Shown: piece by piece, positions 9,783 through 19,387 of the stretch
Numbering within the stretch: position 1 is the first letter of the stretch
How the letters are laid out: every line of letters starts with the position of its first letter
NCBI GenBank assembly: GCA_041554135.1
Contig: JBFFML010000008.1
Coordinates: 1,119-65,118 of the forward strand
Length of the DNA stretch: 64,000 nucleotides
From: Thermoplasmata archaeon
Lineage (GTDB): Archaea > Thermoplasmatota > Thermoplasmata > UBA10834
Direction: 5' to 3'
Position numbers and translations under genes: made by a program
Notes under the pieces: generated by a model
Database searches by the model: none
What the model was told of the DNA's origin: nothing
What the model saw: only the letters and a program-made list of their open reading frames with translations

Positions 9783-11640
9783 CCGGCTCGGTCCATGACA
9801 GCGATGCAGCGTCCGTCGAAGACGGGATTGAAACGATGTCGAAGTACAGCGGATTGCCTCCCCAGAAGGCGTCGATGCTTCTTCCAGGGTTTGCCGACCA
9901 ATCGCCCCATCCGGAGAACGTGTCTGTCCTCCAAGCGTATGTCTGATAGGGATAGGCGAGGACGATCGCCCCGACATCCAGGTAATGGATTCTCTGGCAA
10001 TCCTTGATGCTCTGCGCCCGCTCAGTCGCATCCAGGCGAGTCACCGAGTCGAGGAAGTGTTGGTCATAGGTCTCATTCGAGCAACCATATGAGAACCACT
10101 CGTCGGCCGCGAGGTTCGAGCAGGAGTACAGCATGTATGCAGGATCGGGGTGGGACATGATACGGTCGGTGAGCTGGATGTCATACTCAAGAGGGGTGAT
10201 CGGTTCGACAGGCCAGTAGGTAGCTGTCTGATAGACGATGTTCACCCCCACGCCGATCCCCTCCCAGGCGAACCTCGCCAAGTCCGCGACGGCATTCAGG
10301 TGAAGGTCACCCTGTAAGACCGCGATGGTCAACTCGAGGGAAGTGTTCTCGGGCACCCAACCGTTCCTCACAGGCGCGCTTTCGTTCGTCGCGACCCTCA
10401 CATCGGGAGACTCGTCGGTGAATTCGTATCCGTTCTCCTCGAGAAGTTGAGCGGCGCCTGCTGGATCGTAGCCGATTGCCTCGGCCTCGGTGACCTCGTA
10501 GCGCATCTCCTGGTTCACAGGTGAGACCAAGGTCGAACCCTCGCAAGCGAGCCCGAGATACGCGTCTTCTATCACTTCCGAGTTGTTCATGGCCATCGAC
10601 AGAGCACGCCTTACGACGATGTCATCGACCAACGGGCTCGACGCGCCGCGGTAGTTCCCGAATGTCATCGCCAGCAGCCTGTTCGTGCAGGTCAGGTCGT
10701 CACATATCTCTATGGAATCGTATATGCCTTCGTCGATCTTGTCGCGCAATGTCGTGATCGCCTGAGGGCTCAGAGAGGCGACATCGACGTAGTGATTCTC
10801 GAGAGCTATGGACAGAGCCAGGTCGTCATCGTAGAAGTACAGCTCAATTCCCTCGATGCCGACTTCCATCTCACGGTCAATTGCCCAGTGATGGTTGGGG
10901 TTCCGAACGAGCGTGATCTCGTCGCCCTCCTGCCATTCGCCGAAAATGTCGGAAGTGACCATGAACGGACCAGTCCCCACCAGAGGAGGATCAGACGATG
11001 ATTGGGCTCCCTGCCAAGTGAAACCTATGTATGTCGCAGTAGCGTCCACAAGCAGATGGCGAGGCAGGATTGGTATGAACAACGAGTCCCCGAATGCGAC
11101 TGGTATCGGTTCTCCCGTGTCTCTGTCGAAGAAGTGGACCCTGACGGTTCCGTTGTCGACGAACTCAGCATGATGGATGAAGTACGTGTAGGGATGATAC
11201 ATCGGAATCGTCGAGTAATTGCCAGCCATCAGGTTCAGCGTGAACACCACATCTCTCGCATCGAACGGGACGCCGTCGTGCCAAACGGCGTTCTGCGTCA
11301 GCGTGTACTCCCACACGGAACCGTACGGTCCGATGTCATCGACGATGCTCCAGTCGACGGCAAGGTTCGGCTCCGACTCCATATCGTTGCCCACAGACTG
11401 CAGGCAATCGTACACCAGCCCGTAGAATATCATTGACGAGTGCGACAACCCGATGCAAGGGTTGAGGCTGTCGACCTTCTCGGCAAGCCCGATGCTGAGC
11501 GGTCTGAGCGGTTCTGGCTCGTTCTCGAATGCGATGAACGTCAACAGGACCGCGACGGTCGATAGGATCAGGACCGCCGCAACGGATAACCCCAGGACAA
11601 GCATCCTCTTCGACGTCGTGGGAGAACTCTCAGACCCCAT
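9760..11640 (-). CDS. ABC transporter substrate-binding protein, family 5 (peptide/nickel type), membrane-anchored
   Basis: N-terminal anchor MLVLGLSVAAVLILSTVAVLL. The family-5 signature region is NAVWHDGVPFDARDVVFTLN. Length is 626 aa. Its 3' end overlaps the convergent MttB-like gene by 23 nt. Confidence 0.8.
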   Translation of the reverse strand: MGSESSPTTSKRMLVLGLSVAAVLILSTVAVLLTFIAFENEPEPLRPLSIGLAEKVDSLNPCIGLSHSSMIFYGLVYDCLQSVGNDMESEPNLAVDWSIVDDIGPYGSVWEYTLTQNAVWHDGVPFDARDVVFTLNLMAGNYSTIPMYHPYTYFIHHAEFVDNGTVRVHFFDRDTGEPIPVAFGDSLFIPILPRHLLVDATATYIGFTWQGAQSSSDPPLVGTGPFMVTSDIFGEWQEGDEITLVRNPNHHWAIDREMEVGIEGIELYFYDDDLALSIALENHYVDVASLSPQAITTLRDKIDEGIYDSIEICDDLTCTNRLLAMTFGNYRGASSPLVDDIVVRRALSMAMNNSEVIEDAYLGLACEGSTLVSPVNQEMRYEVTEAEAIGYDPAGAAQLLEENGYEFTDESPDVRVATNESAPVRNGWVPENTSLELTIAVLQGDLHLNAVADLARFAWEGIGVGVNIVYQTATYWPVEPITPLEYDIQLTDRIMSHPDPAYMLYSCSNLAADEWFSYGCSNETYDQHFLDSVTRLDATERAQSIKDCQRIHYLDVGAIVLAYPYQTYAWRTDTFSGWGDWSANPGRSIDAFWGGNPLYFDIVSIPSSTDAASLSWTEPVISRTRP

Positions 11641-11760
11641 ATGCCATCACTCCAGAAGGCGGCGAGAACCACCTTGACTACGGAAGACATCGACCTGCCG
11701 GTATTTGACTGTTCTTCGGACCTCTCGGCGCTCCCACGCCCTATGAGCGAAGCCCAGGCG

Positions 11761-12786
11761 TCATCGTTGAGGTTCGACGAGGACCTTGATGGAATCCTGA
11801 GCTTTGGCGACCAGTTCGAACCCCTTTCCGGCTTCGGCGATGCTTAGCCTGTGTGTGATCATGTCCTTGACGACGATCCTGCCGGAGCGCAGCAGCTCGA
11901 TCGCATCAGCGATGTCCTCCGGGCTTCCGGCATAGGTCGATGTGATCGTCACCTCGTCCTTCCACAGCTCACCCATTGGCACGCTCACTCGCGCTCCCGG
12001 TGGGGGTGGGGCGAACATCAATATCGTACCACCCCTGTCGACGCATTCGAACGCCTGTTCCATGGCCCCTTTCGCTCCCGTCGAAACGACGACGAAGTCG
12101 GCCTTCCTTCCGTCGTTGGCAGCCTTGACGAGGGACGAAACGTCCTCCGACGCGACGATGACGCTGTCCGCTCCAAACCGCTTCGCGGCGTCGAGGCGGT
12201 AGCGGGAGATGTCCGTCGCCATTACTCTCGCCGCTTCGCTCGCCTTCGCGAGCTTCACGTTGAGCAGTCCCGCGATGCCGCTGCCGAGGACCAGCACGGT
12301 CGTCCCGGGTCTGAAACGCATGAGCTTGAAACCCCGTACGGCGCACGCGAGCGGCTCGATGAACACGCCGTCGTCGTATGTCAGCTCGTCCGGCAGGACG
12401 AACACTCCGTGCTCAAGGTTTATCGCCGGGACGCGGACGTATTCGGAGAATCCGCCGGGATAGAAGTTCGTGCTCCTCAGAGTGTCGCATGTGGAGTGAT
12501 GGCCGCTCCTGCAGTATCTGCATTCCATGCACGGCACGTGATGCGAGACGAAGACACGGTCGCCGACAGAGTACGAGTCGACACCTTCGCCCACCTCGAC
12601 GATGTCCCCGGCGATCTCGTGGCCGAGGACGAGCGGCGCACGCTTGATCCTGTACCACTCCATGACATCGCTGCCGCATATGCCGCACGCGACCACCTTC
12701 ACGAGCAGCTCTCCAGGGCCGGCCTTGGGCCTCGGCATCTCCTCGAGCCGCACATCGCTGTTGTTGTAGTACATCGCCACGCGCAT
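11761..12786 (-). CDS. Zinc-dependent alcohol dehydrogenase family (threonine/sorbitol dehydrogenase-like)
   Basis: Start at ATG 12786 (MRVAMYY), with AAGGAG 9 nt upstream. Motifs: VVACGICGSDV, GHEIAGDIVEVGEGV and the structural-zinc motif CMECRYCRSGHHSTC; Rossmann motif VLGSGIAGLL. Confidence 0.85.
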   Translation of the reverse strand: MRVAMYYNNSDVRLEEMPRPKAGPGELLVKVVACGICGSDVMEWYRIKRAPLVLGHEIAGDIVEVGEGVDSYSVGDRVFVSHHVPCMECRYCRSGHHSTCDTLRSTNFYPGGFSEYVRVPAINLEHGVFVLPDELTYDDGVFIEPLACAVRGFKLMRFRPGTTVLVLGSGIAGLLNVKLAKASEAARVMATDISRYRLDAAKRFGADSVIVASEDVSSLVKAANDGRKADFVVVSTGAKGAMEQAFECVDRGGTILMFAPPPPGARVSVPMGELWKDEVTITSTYAGSPEDIADAIELLRSGRIVVKDMITHRLSIAEAGKGFELVAKAQDSIKVLVEPQR

Positions 12787-12820
12787 CTGCAGGTGCTCCT
12801 TCGGAAGCTGGTGAAGCCTC

Positions 12821-13612
12821 TCACTTCTTCTTCGCGGCCTTCTTGAAGAAGTCGTAGGCCTCATTGGCGGAGGCGTCCTCGTGGACGATCTTCCTCACGG
12901 CCTTGATCATAGGTATCGGGTTGTCGGACTGCCATATGTTCCGGCCCATGTCGACGCCCACGGCGCCCTTGGATATCGCGTTGTGGGTGAGCTCCAGCGC
13001 CTCCTTCTCGGTCATCTTGGGACCGCCAGCGACGACGATGGGCGCGGGACAACCTCCGACGACCTTCTCGAAGTCGTCGCAGTAGTACGTCTTCACCACA
13101 TGAGCCCCTATCTCGGCGGCGATCCTGCAGCTGAGCGCGAGGAACCGCGCGTCCCTCTTGCCCAGCTCCTTGCCGACGGCCGTCACGGCGAGCACGGGCA
13201 TGCCGTGCCTCTCGCCGTTGTCAACGAGTTCCGCGAGGCTCAGCAGCGTCTGCCTCTCGTACTTGCTGCCGACGAATATGGACAGCGCTATGCCGGACGC
13301 GTTCAGCCGGAGCGCGTCCTCGATGTCCGTGATGATCCCCTCGTTGGCCAGGTCCTCGCCGACGATGCTCGTGCCGCCCGAGACCCTCAGCACGACGGAG
13401 TTGAGTATGCCGGGGTCTATCGAGTTGCGCAACACGCCCCTCGTCAGCATTATCGAGTCGGCGTACGGCGCGAGCGGCATGATCGTCCTCTTCGGGTCCT
13501 CGAGACGGGACGTGGGACCGAGGAAGTATCCGTGGTCCACCGCGAGCATGACCGCACGACCGGTATCTGGCTTGATTATCCTGGACAACCTGTTCTTCAG
13601 ACCCCAATCCAT
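12821..13612 (-). CDS. Class I aldolase, DeoC/FbaB (DhnA) family (archaeal FBP aldolase / ADH synthase-like)
   Basis: ORF 12821..13912 trimmed to ATG 13612 (MDWGLKNRLSRII), which has GGAGGTG 6 nt upstream. Motifs: AVDHGYFLGP, HVVKTYY (putative Schiff-base Lys) and VGVDMGRNIWQ. Confidence 0.8.
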   Translation of the reverse strand: MDWGLKNRLSRIIKPDTGRAVMLAVDHGYFLGPTSRLEDPKRTIMPLAPYADSIMLTRGVLRNSIDPGILNSVVLRVSGGTSIVGEDLANEGIITDIEDALRLNASGIALSIFVGSKYERQTLLSLAELVDNGERHGMPVLAVTAVGKELGKRDARFLALSCRIAAEIGAHVVKTYYCDDFEKVVGGCPAPIVVAGGPKMTEKEALELTHNAISKGAVGVDMGRNIWQSDNPIPMIKAVRKIVHEDASANEAYDFFKKAAKKK

Positions 13613-13764
13613 GTTAAGCACCTCCGGAGCCGACGGACTCAGGAGCGTCGTTTTGAGAAAGGTCGTAGCGTATTTATAGCTTGTCTGATGCGCGCTGGCT
13701 TGCCCTTGAGTCGAAACCTTATATGGAAGACGCACGGTTAGGGCATCCGAGAAGGGCGAGGACG

Positions 13765-14199
13765 ATGAACGAGAAGATCCACACGCACATACGACGCATC
13801 GAGAACTACAGGTTCGAGATCGACTTCGACGAGTGGGAGGGCAAGATCGTGATGGACGAGCCCGCGCCGCTCGGGGAGTCGAAGGCGCCGAACGCGGGCA
13901 TGATGCTCTCATCCGCCATAGGCCACTGCCTCTGCGCGAGCCTTCAGTTCTGCGCGGGCAAGGCGCACGGGAAGGTCGACGACCTCTCGGCCGATGTCGA
14001 GACGACGCTTGCCCGCAACGACAGAGGCAGATGGCGGATTGAAGGGATTAAGGTGCATATGAAGGCCATGATGGACGAGGAGAACCAGAAAAGGTTCGGA
14101 CGATGCAGGGAACTCTTCGAGGACTTCTGCATCGTGACGGGAAGCGTGAGGCAGGGTGTGAAGGTCGACGTGGACCTGAGCATCGAACGGCCGGAGTGA
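13765..14199 (+). CDS. OsmC/Ohr family protein
   Basis: Start at ATG 13765 (MNEKIHTH). Both conserved Cys contexts are present: AIGHCLCASL and FEDFCIVTGS. Confidence 0.8.
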   Translation: MNEKIHTHIRRIENYRFEIDFDEWEGKIVMDEPAPLGESKAPNAGMMLSSAIGHCLCASLQFCAGKAHGKVDDLSADVETTLARNDRGRWRIEGIKVHMKAMMDEENQKRFGRCRELFEDFCIVTGSVRQGVKVDVDLSIERPE

Positions 14200-14218
14200 G
14201 CGCGCGACGGGGTGGCGT

Positions 14219-14797
14219 ATGATGATAGGCGCGGTGGGCGACGAGGAGAGGCTGTTGGACGAGGTGCTCTCCATGCTTTCCGGCCTCAGAGGCGTGCGGA
14301 AGGCGTTCTACCTTGATGGGGGGACCAAAGAGGAGCTGCGCGGGATCGAGCGCACGAGATCCGTGTCGCTCGGCCCCCTGACCGTGCACAACGAGGGGGT
14401 TCTGGACTGCCTGACGAGGAAGCACGTCGCCTGCATAGTCAAGGACTCCACCTTCAGGCCTCCGCCCGCGCCGACGGTCGTGCTCGTCGACGAGGAGGGG
14501 AAGGTCGTCGGCCGGGAGCTGATAGGTGGGGAGAAGCCAGAGGCGGCCCCCGGGCAGAAGCTCATATTCCTCGGCAAGGACTTCGTCATATTCTACGACG
14601 GCAGGAAGAGCACGAGGACGCGGTTCGTCCTCCCGCCGATAGACTTCGAGGAGGTGCGACGGATACCGGGCACGGCGAACGTCTGCTCATCCAGCCCCTC
14701 GACGGACGGCGACGTTTTCCTCAGGAGGAACGCCGGCCTGCCGGACGACCCGAAACTCGCGACGATACTCGTCGGGTTCGACCCTGAGCGGGCGTGA
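14219..14797 (+). CDS. Hypothetical protein
   Basis: 192-aa ORF with GGGGTGG upstream of ATG 14219. Its composition resembles neighbouring genes. No family recognised. Confidence 0.45.
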   Translation: MMIGAVGDEERLLDEVLSMLSGLRGVRKAFYLDGGTKEELRGIERTRSVSLGPLTVHNEGVLDCLTRKHVACIVKDSTFRPPPAPTVVLVDEEGKVVGRELIGGEKPEAAPGQKLIFLGKDFVIFYDGRKSTRTRFVLPPIDFEEVRRIPGTANVCSSSPSTDGDVFLRRNAGLPDDPKLATILVGFDPERA

Positions 14798-15069
14798 CGA
14801 GGCCTGCCTGTTTTCGTAGCTCCCTGTCGAGGCGGGTGCCTGTTTCGACGTTCTTTCGAACGCCTGCCCAAAGGCGCCCCGGGGGACGCCCGCACGAGAC
14901 GCTGGCCTTTCGAAGGATTTGCCAAACCCGCGGCGTCCCCGTCGCACCTTTTCCGGCTGGAATCCTTTGTATTTGAGCAACCTTTAAATCGATTGCTATC
15001 ATGCTCTGAGACGCTCCCTTGCGGAGGCCGCTGTGCGCGGCCCCGCCGGGAGAGGCCAGTGGTGTTAGA

Positions 15070-16326
15070 ATGGCATGTGACAAGGCAAATCCGTTTGAGA
15101 ACATGAAGAAGCAGGTCGACATAGTCGGCAAGAAGCTGGGGCTTGACCCGGGCGTCATCGAGGTTATGAAGAGCCCGAAGAGGGAGCTAACGGTCAACTT
15201 CCCGGTGCGGATGGATGACGGATCGATAAGGGTATTCACCGGATACAGGGTGCAGCACAACGAGTCGCGCGGACCATTCAAGGGCGGGATTCGATACCAC
15301 CAGCAGGTGGACATAGACGAGGTCAGGGCGCTCGCGGCCTGGATGACGTGGAAGACCGCCGTCGTCGACGTTCCATACGGTGGCGCCAAGGGAGGCATCA
15401 TCGCCAACCCGAAGACGATGAGCGTGGCCGAGATCGAGAGGATGACGAGGAGGTACGCCTCCGAGATATCGCTCATCATAGGCCCCGAGAAGGACATACC
15501 GGCCCCGGACGTCAACACGAGCGGCCGCGAGATGGCGTGGATCATGGACACGATCAGCATGGCGAAGGGCTTCGCCGTGCCTGGCGTGATCACGGGCAAG
15601 CCGCTGGAGATAGGCGGGTCGCTCGGAAGGCCCGAGGCGACATCGAGAGGGCTCGTGTTCACCGTCAGGGAGGCCGCCAAGAAGATCGGGCTGGACCTCA
15701 AGGGCGCGACGGTGGCGATCCAGGGGTACGGCAACGTGGGCGCGTTCGCTCACAAGCTCATCGAGAGGGACTTCGGCGCGAAGGTCGTCGCCGTCACGGA
15801 CTCCAAGGGCGGCATATTCAACGAGAACGGCCTGAAGTACGTCGAGGTCAGCGCTCACAAGAAGAAGACTGGCAGCGTGATCGGGTTCCCGGGCACGAAG
15901 CCTGTGACGAACGAGGAGGTCCTCGAACTCGAGGTCGACGTGCTGCTCCCGTGCGCGCTGGAGAACGTGCTGACCGGGGAGAACGCCGGCAGGGTGAAGG
16001 CGAAGATATCCGGAGAAGGGGCGAACGGCCCGAACACGCTCGAGGCGGACGAGCTGATGACCAAGAACGGCGTGCTCATACTGCCCGACATCCTCGCCAA
16101 CGCGGGCGGCGTCACCGTAAGCTACTTCGAGTGGGTCCAGAACCTATACAACTACGCCTGGACGGAGGACGAGGTGAACGCGCGCCTCGACCAGAAGATC
16201 ACGAAGGCGTTCCACGAGGTCTGGGACATGGCCGAGAAGCACAAGGTCAACATGCGAGAGGCCGCGTACATGGTCGCCGTCGACCGCGTCGCAAGGGCCA
16301 CGCAGATCAGGGGATTCTACCCGTAG
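15070..16326 (+). CDS. gdhA: Glutamate dehydrogenase
   Basis: Start at ATG 15070 (MACDKANPFENMKKQV). Motifs: FKGGIRYH and VPYGGAKGGI; dinucleotide fold IQGYGNVGAF. Confidence 0.92.
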   Translation: MACDKANPFENMKKQVDIVGKKLGLDPGVIEVMKSPKRELTVNFPVRMDDGSIRVFTGYRVQHNESRGPFKGGIRYHQQVDIDEVRALAAWMTWKTAVVDVPYGGAKGGIIANPKTMSVAEIERMTRRYASEISLIIGPEKDIPAPDVNTSGREMAWIMDTISMAKGFAVPGVITGKPLEIGGSLGRPEATSRGLVFTVREAAKKIGLDLKGATVAIQGYGNVGAFAHKLIERDFGAKVVAVTDSKGGIFNENGLKYVEVSAHKKKTGSVIGFPGTKPVTNEEVLELEVDVLLPCALENVLTGENAGRVKAKISGEGANGPNTLEADELMTKNGVLILPDILANAGGVTVSYFEWVQNLYNYAWTEDEVNARLDQKITKAFHEVWDMAEKHKVNMREAAYMVAVDRVARATQIRGFYP

Positions 16327-16424
16327 ACCCTGAGGGCCGATCGGACCAAACTGTCCGGGGCAGCGCCTCGGGCAGCTCTTTCAAAACCTCTTCCACGGTT
16401 TTCAATCACGACGACGCTGAAGCG

Positions 16425-17693
16425 TCATTGCCTCTTCGCCATGAGCTTCTCGAGCTCCTCTGATACGAGGTCCGCGGGGACGAGCGTCTGCTCGCCCGTG
16501 ACCATGTCGCGGACGGTGACGGAGCGCTTGGCCATCTCCTCCTTGCCGACTATCACCGCGTACCTCGCGCCGACCGAGGCGGCGTACTTCAGGTTCTTGC
16601 TCATGCTCCTGCGCATGAGGTCCACATCCGTCCTGATGCCGCTGGCACGCATCCTCGAGGCCATCGCGAAGGCGTACTTGCGCATGCTGTCCTCCGTCGG
16701 GACTATGAAGGCGTCGCACTGCCTGTGCTCGTGCCCGACGCCCTCCGCCTCGAGGGCGAGCATCACCCTGTCGATGCCTATCGCGAAGCCCGTGCTGAAG
16801 ACCGGCTCCCCACCGAACAGCTCCGAGAGCGTGTACGACCCTCCGCCGAGCACCTGCTTCTCCGCGCCCAGGCGCGGCGCGTCGATCTCGAAGACCATGC
16901 CCGTGTAGTAGTCCAGCCCCCGGACGATCCCGAGGTCCAGCTGACAGTCCTCGAGCCCGTGGAGCCTCAGTATGTCGAACAGCTCCGTCATATGCGCGGT
17001 CACTTCCGCGTCGTCGACGCCATCCAACGCCTCGACGCCCCCCTTCGTCTGCGCCACGCCCTTGATCCTGTCGAGGAGCTCAGAGGGGAGTCCGTGCGAT
17101 TCGAACGAGGATTCCAGCGCGTCGAACTCGCCCTTGTCTATCAGCCGCAATGTCTCCGACGCCTGCGTCTGATCGGCTATCTCGGCCTGGACGAGCGACT
17201 TGAGCGCGCCTATGTGTCCTATGCGGACGGTGAAGTCCTTGAGGCCGGTCGCCTTGAGGCATTTGACGGCGAGCGAGATCACCTCGGCGTCCGTCTCGGG
17301 GTTCTCGCTGCCTATCAGCTCCGCACCGATCTGATAGAACTCCCTGTAACGCCCGCTCTGCGGGTTCTCGTACCTGTAGCAGCCGCCCACGTAGTACAGC
17401 TTCAGAGGCTTCGGCAGGGCGGACATGTCGTTGACGAAGAACCGTATGACGGAGGCCGTTATCTCCGGCCTGAGGGCCATCTCGCGGCCGCCCTTGTCCT
17501 TGAACACGTACATCTCGTCGACGATGGCCTGGCCCGACCTCGTCGTGAAAAGCTCGGCCTGCTCGAAGGTCGGCGTCACGACCTCGCCGAAGCCGTGCAC
17601 GTCGCACACGTCGCGCATCGCCTGCTCGACGGTCCTGCGTCGGGCCATCTCGGCGGGGCCGAAGTCCCTGGTCCCCCTCGGGCGCTGAATCAT
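16425..17693 (-). CDS. hisS: Histidine--tRNA ligase
   Basis: ORF 16425..18197 trimmed to ATG 17693 (MIQRPRGTRDFGPAEMARR). Class II motifs: YRYENPQSGRYREFYQIGAE and GGGSY..GFAIGIDR. Confidence 0.92.
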   Translation of the reverse strand: MIQRPRGTRDFGPAEMARRRTVEQAMRDVCDVHGFGEVVTPTFEQAELFTTRSGQAIVDEMYVFKDKGGREMALRPEITASVIRFFVNDMSALPKPLKLYYVGGCYRYENPQSGRYREFYQIGAELIGSENPETDAEVISLAVKCLKATGLKDFTVRIGHIGALKSLVQAEIADQTQASETLRLIDKGEFDALESSFESHGLPSELLDRIKGVAQTKGGVEALDGVDDAEVTAHMTELFDILRLHGLEDCQLDLGIVRGLDYYTGMVFEIDAPRLGAEKQVLGGGSYTLSELFGGEPVFSTGFAIGIDRVMLALEAEGVGHEHRQCDAFIVPTEDSMRKYAFAMASRMRASGIRTDVDLMRRSMSKNLKYAASVGARYAVIVGKEEMAKRSVTVRDMVTGEQTLVPADLVSEELEKLMAKRQ

Positions 17694-17958
17694 CGGCCGC
17701 AATAAGCCGATTCCGTTTCTTAATCCTTTTGGGAGATGGACAGCCGCGGCCTGGCGAGTCCAGTCGTCCGCCCTTAAGCTCCCATGCACACGGACGAGAC
17801 GAGTATGCGGGCGCCCGCCTCCTTTTCCGCGTTCGCAAGACGGCTGTCGGACGGATAGCCAGCATCGTCGAGATGCATGAGCCAGCGAAAGGGCTTTATA
17901 TGTCGGACGGACATTAGAGTCCCGGTCGGAAACACCGACTGACACAGGAGGGATGCAC

Positions 17959-18183
17959 ATGCCAATGTATCCGATATCATTGGAGAGAGCCAAGGAGATC
18001 GCGGAGCAGAAGAACCTCAAGCCCGGCAAGGTCCGAGGGACGACTGAGATCGAGTTCACGAGGGGAACGAGCCCGCGTGTCGATGTCATCGACTGGCCAG
18101 AATTCCAGCAGATTCTGGAGCAGAAGGACCTCGAGATCCACGAGGGCGGCGGCTTCATGAAGCTCATGAAGAAGAAGGAATAG
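17959..18183 (+). CDS. Small hypothetical protein (74 aa)
   Basis: AGGAGG at 17946-17951 sits 7 nt before ATG 17959 (MPMYPISLERAKEIAEQK). The composition is balanced and protein-like. No family recognised. Confidence 0.5.
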   Translation: MPMYPISLERAKEIAEQKNLKPGKVRGTTEIEFTRGTSPRVDVIDWPEFQQILEQKDLEIHEGGGFMKLMKKKE

Positions 18184-18279
18184 GCCGGACGCCGCACACG
18201 GAATCCGCAAAACCCAGAAACCCCTTCCTATGGATATTATTCTTGAGCGCCTGACGCGAGGCCGACGCGCCCGCGCGGC

Positions 18280-19383
18280 TCATCTCTTGACTATTATAGT
18301 TATAACGTCCTGGTCCTTCACCTCGTGGTCCAGTCCCACGATCTGCCCAGGAAACCGCGCGCTCTCGCCCCAGACCTGCGCGTACCTGAAGTTCCTGCGG
18401 AAGTCGCGGTGCAGGGAGTCGCACACGGCGCCTATGTCGGAGCCCGCCCTGATGACGAGCGGCTCGACCATGTCGGCCTCCTTCCCCTGTGGTTTCATGT
18501 ACACGCGTATGAGGCGTAAGGAGTCGAATATGGCGTCCTTAAGCTCCTCGAGCCCTATGTCCTCCTCAGCCGAGATGGGGATGACCTTCCAGCCCTTGAG
18601 CTTCTTGTTCCTGAGCTGACGCAGGTACTCCTTGCTCACGAGGTCGATCTTGTTGACGGCCACGATGCCAGGTATGTATATCCTGTTGCCCGAGATGTGG
18701 TCTATGAGCTGGTCCTCGTCGATGCCCTCGCGTATCACGATGTCCGCGTTGATGTAGCCGTACTCGTTCATCATCTCGCGCACGAGGTCCTCGTCCAAGG
18801 ACGGCTCGGCCGTCGTGAAGTTCACGCCTATGCCCCCGCGGTTCCTCCTCGACACCACGACGTCCGGCGGGCGCTGGTTGAGCCTCAGGTTGGCCGTCTT
18901 CAGCTCGTCCACGAGGACTTCCAGGTTCGTCTCGAAGACGTCTATCATGAGAAGTATCAGGTCGGCAGAGCGCACGACCGAGAGCACCTCCTTCCCCCTG
19001 CCCTTGCCCTTCGACGCGTCCTTTATGAGCCCGGGCAGGTCGAGGAGCTGTATCTTCGCGCCCCTGTGCTCCATCTCGCCAGGCACGACGGTGAGGGTCG
19101 TGAAGTTGTACGCGCCCACCTCGCTGTCGGCGTTGGTTATCTTGTTCAGCAGCGTCGACTTGCCGACGCTCGGGAAACCGACGATGGCGACGGTGGCGTG
19201 CCCCGACTTCTTGACAGAATAACCCTTCCCCCTGCCGGAGCGCGACCGCCTCGAGTCGAGGTTGTCCTTGAGGCGCGCGACCTTCGCCTTCAGCCTCCCG
19301 ATGTGATGCTGGGTGTTCTTGTTGTAGGGGGTTCTGGAGATCTCGTCCTCGATCTCCCTTATCTGCTCCTCTATCGTCGCCAT
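18280..19383 (-). CDS. DRG-type (Obg-family) GTP-binding protein with C-terminal TGS domain
   Basis: Start at ATG 19383 (MATIEEQIREIEDEI). G1 motif GFPSVGKSTLLN, G3 motif LLDLPGLI, and AVNKIDL. The C-terminal TGS-like region is IRVYMKPQGKE..VITIIV. Confidence 0.88.
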   Translation of the reverse strand: MATIEEQIREIEDEISRTPYNKNTQHHIGRLKAKVARLKDNLDSRRSRSGRGKGYSVKKSGHATVAIVGFPSVGKSTLLNKITNADSEVGAYNFTTLTVVPGEMEHRGAKIQLLDLPGLIKDASKGKGRGKEVLSVVRSADLILLMIDVFETNLEVLVDELKTANLRLNQRPPDVVVSRRNRGGIGVNFTTAEPSLDEDLVREMMNEYGYINADIVIREGIDEDQLIDHISGNRIYIPGIVAVNKIDLVSKEYLRQLRNKKLKGWKVIPISAEEDIGLEELKDAIFDSLRLIRVYMKPQGKEADMVEPLVIRAGSDIGAVCDSLHRDFRRNFRYAQVWGESARFPGQIVGLDHEVKDQDVITIIVKR

Positions 19384-19387
19384 GGCC

